DNA from: a virus
Taxonomy: Duplodnaviria > Caudoviricetes
Reading direction: 5' to 3' (one strand)
Virus record (IMG/VR): IMGVR_UViG_3300001598_000052
Coordinates: 2,768-66,767 of that record
Length of the DNA stretch: 64,000 bases
The notes beneath the pieces are model-generated. The model worked only from the letters and a program-made list of their open reading frames with translations, did not search any database and had not been told where the DNA came from. Position numbers and translations under genes: made by a program. Positions 58,916-64,000 of this stretch are shown in pieces; position 1 is the first letter of the stretch; each line of letters opens with the position of its first letter.

Positions 58916-59803
58916 CTACCCACACCATTCATTGGATGAAAAACCTTGGTCATCATTAATATCGTCATTGTACCAATTACGTTGTTTATATGTACAACCT
59001 TCAGTTTTTGGAGTATACTTTTGGGTACCAATCCAATCATATGTAGGATTACATGAAATTTCAGTCTTAACTGTTATCTTTTTACCCTTATTTTCAGGGT
59101 CGTCATATACTTTTTCATCGTTTACATTTTTTCTAATGGTAGGATTTTCTCTAACATCTGAATAATTTGTAGCTTTATCACCACCAGAGATAAACTTTTG
59201 GTATTTTTCTTTAATAGATAATACCATTTTTGCTAGTAAACTTTGTTCTTTTTTGATATTTTTATATGTATTGATAGCACTATCACTAGAACGTTTAGCG
59301 TTTTCAGCAGAACATCCAGCGCTACAATAAGTATTGTATCCTAAAGCTATGCTTCGGAATTCAGTTTCTTTGCCGCATATTGGACATATTCCTTCATCTT
59401 CTTTCTTTAAGAAGTCATCATAGTAATCTTTTTGGCTCGTTATTCCATGAACGGTATTGATATGATAGAATAAACGTGTATAAACATGCGCCATTGTACC
59501 TTCAGAATGTAGTTTTTCATTACATATAGCACAAGTTACGTCAGAACCTTGGCCTGTTTCTTCTACTTTCCTAGTTCTTTGAGTGTTTGCACAACCGACA
59601 GAACAACACTCACGGTAACCTTTTGTTGCACTTATGAATGCCGTTGGTTTATTACATATAACGCATTGACCTTCACCAGGCTTTTTGAGGTGTTGGTCAT
59701 AATAATTTTTAGAATTTAGATGGTGTTTTTCAGTAAGATGAGCATTAAATGGGATATGATGTTCAAAAGACTGACCACATATTTTACAAACATACTTAAG
59801 CAT
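58916..59803 (-). CDS. Tandem Zn-finger repeat protein (same module as the N-terminus of 35176-36993) without a nuclease domain
   Basis: Two copies of C..C...H....H...YYD..LKK..EG.C.IC.K.T.F......GY...CS.GC. Confidence 0.7.
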   Translation of the reverse strand: MLKYVCKICGQSFEHHIPFNAHLTEKHHLNSKNYYDQHLKKPGEGQCVICNKPTAFISATKGYRECCSVGCANTQRTRKVEETGQGSDVTCAICNEKLHSEGTMAHVYTRLFYHINTVHGITSQKDYYDDFLKKEDEGICPICGKETEFRSIALGYNTYCSAGCSAENAKRSSDSAINTYKNIKKEQSLLAKMVLSIKEKYQKFISGGDKATNYSDVRENPTIRKNVNDEKVYDDPENKGKKITVKTEISCNPTYDWIGTQKYTPKTEGCTYKQRNWYNDDINDDQGFSSNEWCG

Positions 59804-59807
59804 GATT

Positions 59808-59819
59808 TATTTATAAATA
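59808..59819. promoter_or_regulatory. Palindromic bidirectional late promoter TATTTATAAATA
   Basis: Between divergent genes 59803(-) and 59849(+). Confidence 0.65.
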
Positions 59820-59848
59820 GTATAAAGATATTTTTAAAGGTTTATTAT

Positions 59849-62800
59849 ATGGCAGAAAATAACAAAAGTAAGTTTATATTCACGGATGAAGGTCGTTCCT
59901 TACTAGTTAGCCAAACTGGCGGTATTAAGTTCGCAATTTTGGGTTATTTACTAGTCGAAGGCTTAGCTGGCGGTGATTTACCAGACGATGTTTGCCCAAA
60001 CGGTTTAAAAGAACGCTGGGAATCTATTGAAGAACGTGCAAAAGACGCGGAACAAACTACAATAGAATATTTGATTGAGAACGATAATGTAACGTTCTTA
60101 ATGCGTGGTTTAAACTATACGTATAAGAGTGCTGGTTTTATTGAACCAACTAATAGAACACAGTATGATTCTTGGCTTAAGAATTATAAGGATCACTTGT
60201 TTGGTTCATTCTATGTTCCGTCTACAGAATTGATGACTGATAATGGAAATAGATATGGTACATACGCATTTAATTTTGATAGAACTTATATTAATTGTGA
60301 AATACCTAAAAATTCATCTTATCAGGTACGTCATATTTTGCTAATTGGTAAGCAGTATACCGAAAATAAGGAAGCAACATTTAATGTACATCCACGTCAG
60401 GATGTTGGTATTGTAGGTGTTGCTGAAATTATTCAACCGGAAACTGGCGCAGGCATTCAAATTCTTGCTAATCAGAATGATTATGTAACATTCCAATGTC
60501 AATTACGTTTTACTGTAACTGAATGCGAAAATGAAGATATTTGGGGCAAAGTCATGATTGATGACAGCGAAGGTCATGATACTGTAAGTTATGGTAAGGA
60601 TGACGAAGAACCGGTTTATAAGAACGGTTTTGATAAAGACATTTATGAACCAGTTAGTGATATTGCAAGTAAGTTAGCATTAGTTAACAATGGATTGAAG
60701 ACACTTTCTGGTGGCGTAACTATTGGCCAGACAGAACAAATTCTCGATGACTTACAACTTGGACCTGATGGTGCAATTTGTATGACTAAAACTTTAACGG
60801 TTGCTGACTGTATTGATGCAGATGACGCTGAAAACCAATTTAACGCCGCTGCACTTTTACATCCTATTAACAAATATCCTGATGATGGAAAAGAATATGT
60901 ACCACAAGTATTGATGACATCTGTTCATTCTACTTCTGCCTTGAATGAAGATATTACTGCTTACTCTGTTGGTATGACAGTTAAGTGCGAAGGTAAAGGA
61001 GAGCCATATTTTATAGCTGATGGATATGAAGCATCAGTTGACGCACCTATCTTTAAGTTAGGCCACGTACCAGAAAATGACCAGATTGCAGTTAATATTT
61101 TTGGTATTGATAATAAGATTAATGGTTATTCTAAGGATAGATTTATTTTCAGCACTAATAATAGTGCAACTGTTCCTGGATATGGTGAACCTAATGTTGT
61201 TATCAATTCACATAATAATGCATTTACAAATGGTGCATCACAGAATGACAATTCATTATACTATTCTAATAAAAATACACTGAACCGCAGTGCTAAGAAG
61301 ACACTTATGGTTGGTTCACATTTTAACCACGTTAGTGGTGGTGAAGTGAACATGTTCCTTGGTGGCGATGATAACACTGTAGAAAACGCAAATAATAACT
61401 ATTTGGTATTCTCGGATAGTAATTATCTTGTTGGTAATTCAAATATGTTTATCGATTCTTATGTCAATAGTGCAGTCGATAATGCAAGTGAATACTCACT
61501 TTATACATCTCGTGACAATAAGTTGGCAGGTAACAGTTATAATAATGTATTGTTTAAGACAAATAACACTACATTATCTGGAACTACAACAAATTCATTA
61601 TTCATTAATACTGTTAGAACACGTTCATATGAAGATACTAAGGCAGTTAATACTTTTAACGTAAAGGATACGACTCTTAGTGGTGCATATGAAGATACTT
61701 TGATTGCATCTCGCGGTTCTCGTATGGTTAAGTCCTACTTTAATGGATTTATTGATAATGCCTGGTGCCGAGCAGTTTCTGCTGAACAGAACACTATGAT
61801 GCGTTCTCGCTATGTTGGTGTTAAAGGTCTTCCATTGGGAAGTATTGATAGTGCCGAACGTCCGATTCTTTCTGACGTACAGTCTAATAATAACATTATT
61901 TTGGGTGGTGAATACTTTGATTTGTATTCTTGCTCGAATAACTTGATTATGGATTCTTATAAGTTGCAGTCTGATGATAATGCAAATAGTTTGGGTCCAG
62001 TACGTATTAAGGGTTCTTCAATTATTAACTCTAGTAAATCTAAGTTGTTTAATGCACGTGAAGTTCATTTGTTGAACTCCGAATATACACGTGTTAACGC
62101 ATTGTCTAATTTTAACGATGCGGCTCTTGCACTACCTGGTACTTCATTGACAATGGGTAGTACAAACGAACTTGATTCTATTTACTATGGCGAATTCTAT
62201 AATAATAATGACTATTATGCATATTATGGATTGAAGGGTTCATCTTATAAGTCTGGTGCAGCATCTCTTAAGACTAATGGCCGCCCGGCTGATATGTTGA
62301 AACTTAAGTTGATGTTCATTAACAGCTTTGGTTCTGAAGTTAACCTAGCAAGCTTTAATCCTTCTGTTAAGACTAAAAAATCTAGAGCTTATAATGCCGG
62401 TGATATATTTAAGAATCAGAACGCTACTTTGAATGCGCCAACAGTTAGTCCACAGAACACCAATGTTCTTGGTGGACACCATAACAAGATTATGGGTGGT
62501 AAGAACACAGTTATTCTTGGCGGTGAATACTGTAAGGCATCTACTTATGGCCATCAGGTTCTTATGGGTAAATATAATCGTGATGTTCCTGCTGATATTA
62601 TATTTGGTTGTGGACACTTTAATGGTGACACTTATACTCAGGGCAGTAAGGAATACCAGGAATATGAACTTGAAACAATTGAAACAATGAGTGGTACTAT
62701 TGATGGTGTTCGTGGTGATACAGATAACGATTCTGGTGAAACATGTTATAATGCACTTGAATTCTATGCTCACCAAGGTAAGATGATTCTTCAAAACTGT

Positions 62801-63619
62801 GATGATGGTCATGATGCTGGTACTAATGCACAGTCAAATGATTTCGGTAAGAGCGTTACTATTGAACCTACAAAGATTACTTTCCGTGATTGTGCAGGTG
62901 ATATTGTTGGTGAAATTAATGCTGATGCAAATAAGGTTGACGCTAAATGGACATTCTTGGTTAACTTAAATTCTGATGGTGATTATGTTGTTGAATCTAC
63001 AATTGGTGTTCCTTCCACGGTTGCATTACTTGATGGTAAACTTCTTGCTTCATACTTGTTTGCATATGTTGATACAAAGAGTATAGCATCAACTTCAACT
63101 GTTGTTACTGAAGCAGAAATTATTGCGGCTAACAAAGCATTGTTTGCAACTACAATGCCATCTGAAATAAATGTTATTATTAGAGCTTTGAAAAATAATA
63201 CTGAAAGCGGTAAGGCTGATGCAAATTGGGTACATATTAATAAAATTCTTCCATGGTATACACAAAAGGGTAGCGCACCTAAGTATATCCCTAATGGTAA
63301 GGTTAAACTTTGTTATTACCATGCAGCACCGGTTGATGCAGATCCAACTGCTGCAACAACAGCGTTGACAGTTTGGATGTTAAATTCCTTGAATACAAGT
63401 TGTGTATGTAATCTTGACGCAAATATTACTATTGACCACTGGAAGAATTCTTCTCAGCGTTGTTGGACAACAAATGTTCCTGGCTGTATTCCAATGGTTG
63501 AATTTAATAGTAATGTTACATTTACTGACTGGATTGCTGATGGCTTCCTCGGTCTACATGAAGCTGCAATCGATACAACTTCATTCGTAACAGTAGATTA
63601 CTTGACAACACAGAGCTAG
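59849..63619 (+). CDS. Large tail-fibre-like protein (beta-helix and Asn-rich repeats); may extend to 63814 by TAG readthrough
   Basis: Start moved to MAENNKSKFIFTDEGRSLL; ILGG.HN / VILGGEY / VLMGKYN repeats typical of trimeric fibres. Confidence 0.7.
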   Translation: MAENNKSKFIFTDEGRSLLVSQTGGIKFAILGYLLVEGLAGGDLPDDVCPNGLKERWESIEERAKDAEQTTIEYLIENDNVTFLMRGLNYTYKSAGFIEPTNRTQYDSWLKNYKDHLFGSFYVPSTELMTDNGNRYGTYAFNFDRTYINCEIPKNSSYQVRHILLIGKQYTENKEATFNVHPRQDVGIVGVAEIIQPETGAGIQILANQNDYVTFQCQLRFTVTECENEDIWGKVMIDDSEGHDTVSYGKDDEEPVYKNGFDKDIYEPVSDIASKLALVNNGLKTLSGGVTIGQTEQILDDLQLGPDGAICMTKTLTVADCIDADDAENQFNAAALLHPINKYPDDGKEYVPQVLMTSVHSTSALNEDITAYSVGMTVKCEGKGEPYFIADGYEASVDAPIFKLGHVPENDQIAVNIFGIDNKINGYSKDRFIFSTNNSATVPGYGEPNVVINSHNNAFTNGASQNDNSLYYSNKNTLNRSAKKTLMVGSHFNHVSGGEVNMFLGGDDNTVENANNNYLVFSDSNYLVGNSNMFIDSYVNSAVDNASEYSLYTSRDNKLAGNSYNNVLFKTNNTTLSGTTTNSLFINTVRTRSYEDTKAVNTFNVKDTTLSGAYEDTLIASRGSRMVKSYFNGFIDNAWCRAVSAEQNTMMRSRYVGVKGLPLGSIDSAERPILSDVQSNNNIILGGEYFDLYSCSNNLIMDSYKLQSDDNANSLGPVRIKGSSIINSSKSKLFNAREVHLLNSEYTRVNALSNFNDAALALPGTSLTMGSTNELDSIYYGEFYNNNDYYAYYGLKGSSYKSGAASLKTNGRPADMLKLKLMFINSFGSEVNLASFNPSVKTKKSRAYNAGDIFKNQNATLNAPTVSPQNTNVLGGHHNKIMGGKNTVILGGEYCKASTYGHQVLMGKYNRDVPADIIFGCGHFNGDTYTQGSKEYQEYELETIETMSGTIDGVRGDTDNDSGETCYNALEFYAHQGKMILQNCDDGHDAGTNAQSNDFGKSVTIEPTKITFRDCAGDIVGEINADANKVDAKWTFLVNLNSDGDYVVESTIGVPSTVALLDGKLLASYLFAYVDTKSIASTSTVVTEAEIIAANKALFATTMPSEINVIIRALKNNTESGKADANWVHINKILPWYTQKGSAPKYIPNGKVKLCYYHAAPVDADPTAATTALTVWMLNSLNTSCVCNLDANITIDHWKNSSQRCWTTNVPGCIPMVEFNSNVTFTDWIADGFLGLHEAAIDTTSFVTVDYLTTQS

Positions 63620-63832
63620 TCCAATAAGTCTGCAACAGTTGGCAAACTTGACGGATTTGATAAGGATTCTTATGCCTTGATGACTTATGTCAATAGTGGT
63701 ACATGGAATAATAGCAATGCAACTGTTGGTAAGGCATCTAACTCTGACAAGGTTAATGGAATCTCCTTCAGCGGTCCGGCTGCTGGTACTACAGTTTACT
63801 TGTCTAACCCATAATAAGCTAAGTGAGGAGTC

Positions 63833-63994
63833 ATGATTGCATATAAAGAACACGCTATTACTAATGTCAGAGATGACGTGTTCTTTTCCACAAATAAATT
63901 TGGAGAAGGAAATTTTGACATTAGTAAAATTTACAAAATATAGACTGAGAAAGATAACAGGTCTTTAGCCTGTTATATGAATCAGTCTAAGTAA
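63833..63994 (+). CDS. Small ORF (MIAYKEHAIT...) with in-frame TAG at 63941-63943 and TAA at 63992-63994
   Basis: RBS GAGGAG; 36 codons to TAG, 16 more to TAA. Confidence 0.4.
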
Positions 63995-64000
63995 CAAAAA

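Noticed and set aside
40882-63619. Diversity-generating retroelement acting on the fibre genes
   Set aside because: No reverse transcriptase and no template/variable repeat pair differing at adenines seen in the window
63581-63853. 90-aa minus-strand ORF from the track
   Set aside because: Antisense to the coding-like plus-strand extension; no RBS or promoter

Overview
64 kb segment of a large, AT-rich T4-like (Tevenvirinae-like or jumbo) myophage genome, read with the standard genetic code. Bases 1-13.4 kb are a dense array of small, mostly unrelated hypothetical ORFs driven by sigma70-type promoters (TTKACA-N17-TATATT), interrupted by a non-coding repeat region at 7.8-8.5 kb. The rest is mostly a late region with T4-type TATAAATA promoters. 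Recognisable genes there: GroEL, glycosyltransferase, gp55-like late sigma factor, two gp26-like baseplate hub proteins, RegA, RuvC-like resolvase, HAD nucleotidase, two gp14-like and one gp13-like neck proteins, tail-tube-like proteins, gp4-like head completion nuclease, small terminase, an endonuclease-methyltransferase fusion, SprT-like protease and large fibre-like proteins. Most notable observations: (1) a shared 12-13 residue C-terminal motif on about 15 otherwise unrelated early proteins, including one copy hidden in a +1 frame and one orphan copy; (2) a separate N-terminal motif on 7 late proteins; (3) a stand-alone terminase nuclease half that starts with an atypically split intein C-fragment whose partner is not in the window; (4) an in-frame TAG inside an apparently continuous tail-fibre reading frame; (5) a promoter-driven, ORF-free ~420 nt structured element ending in four abutting triloop hairpins. 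All homology calls are from motif recognition, not database searches. Several start codons were moved from the ORF track to the RBS-supported ATG.
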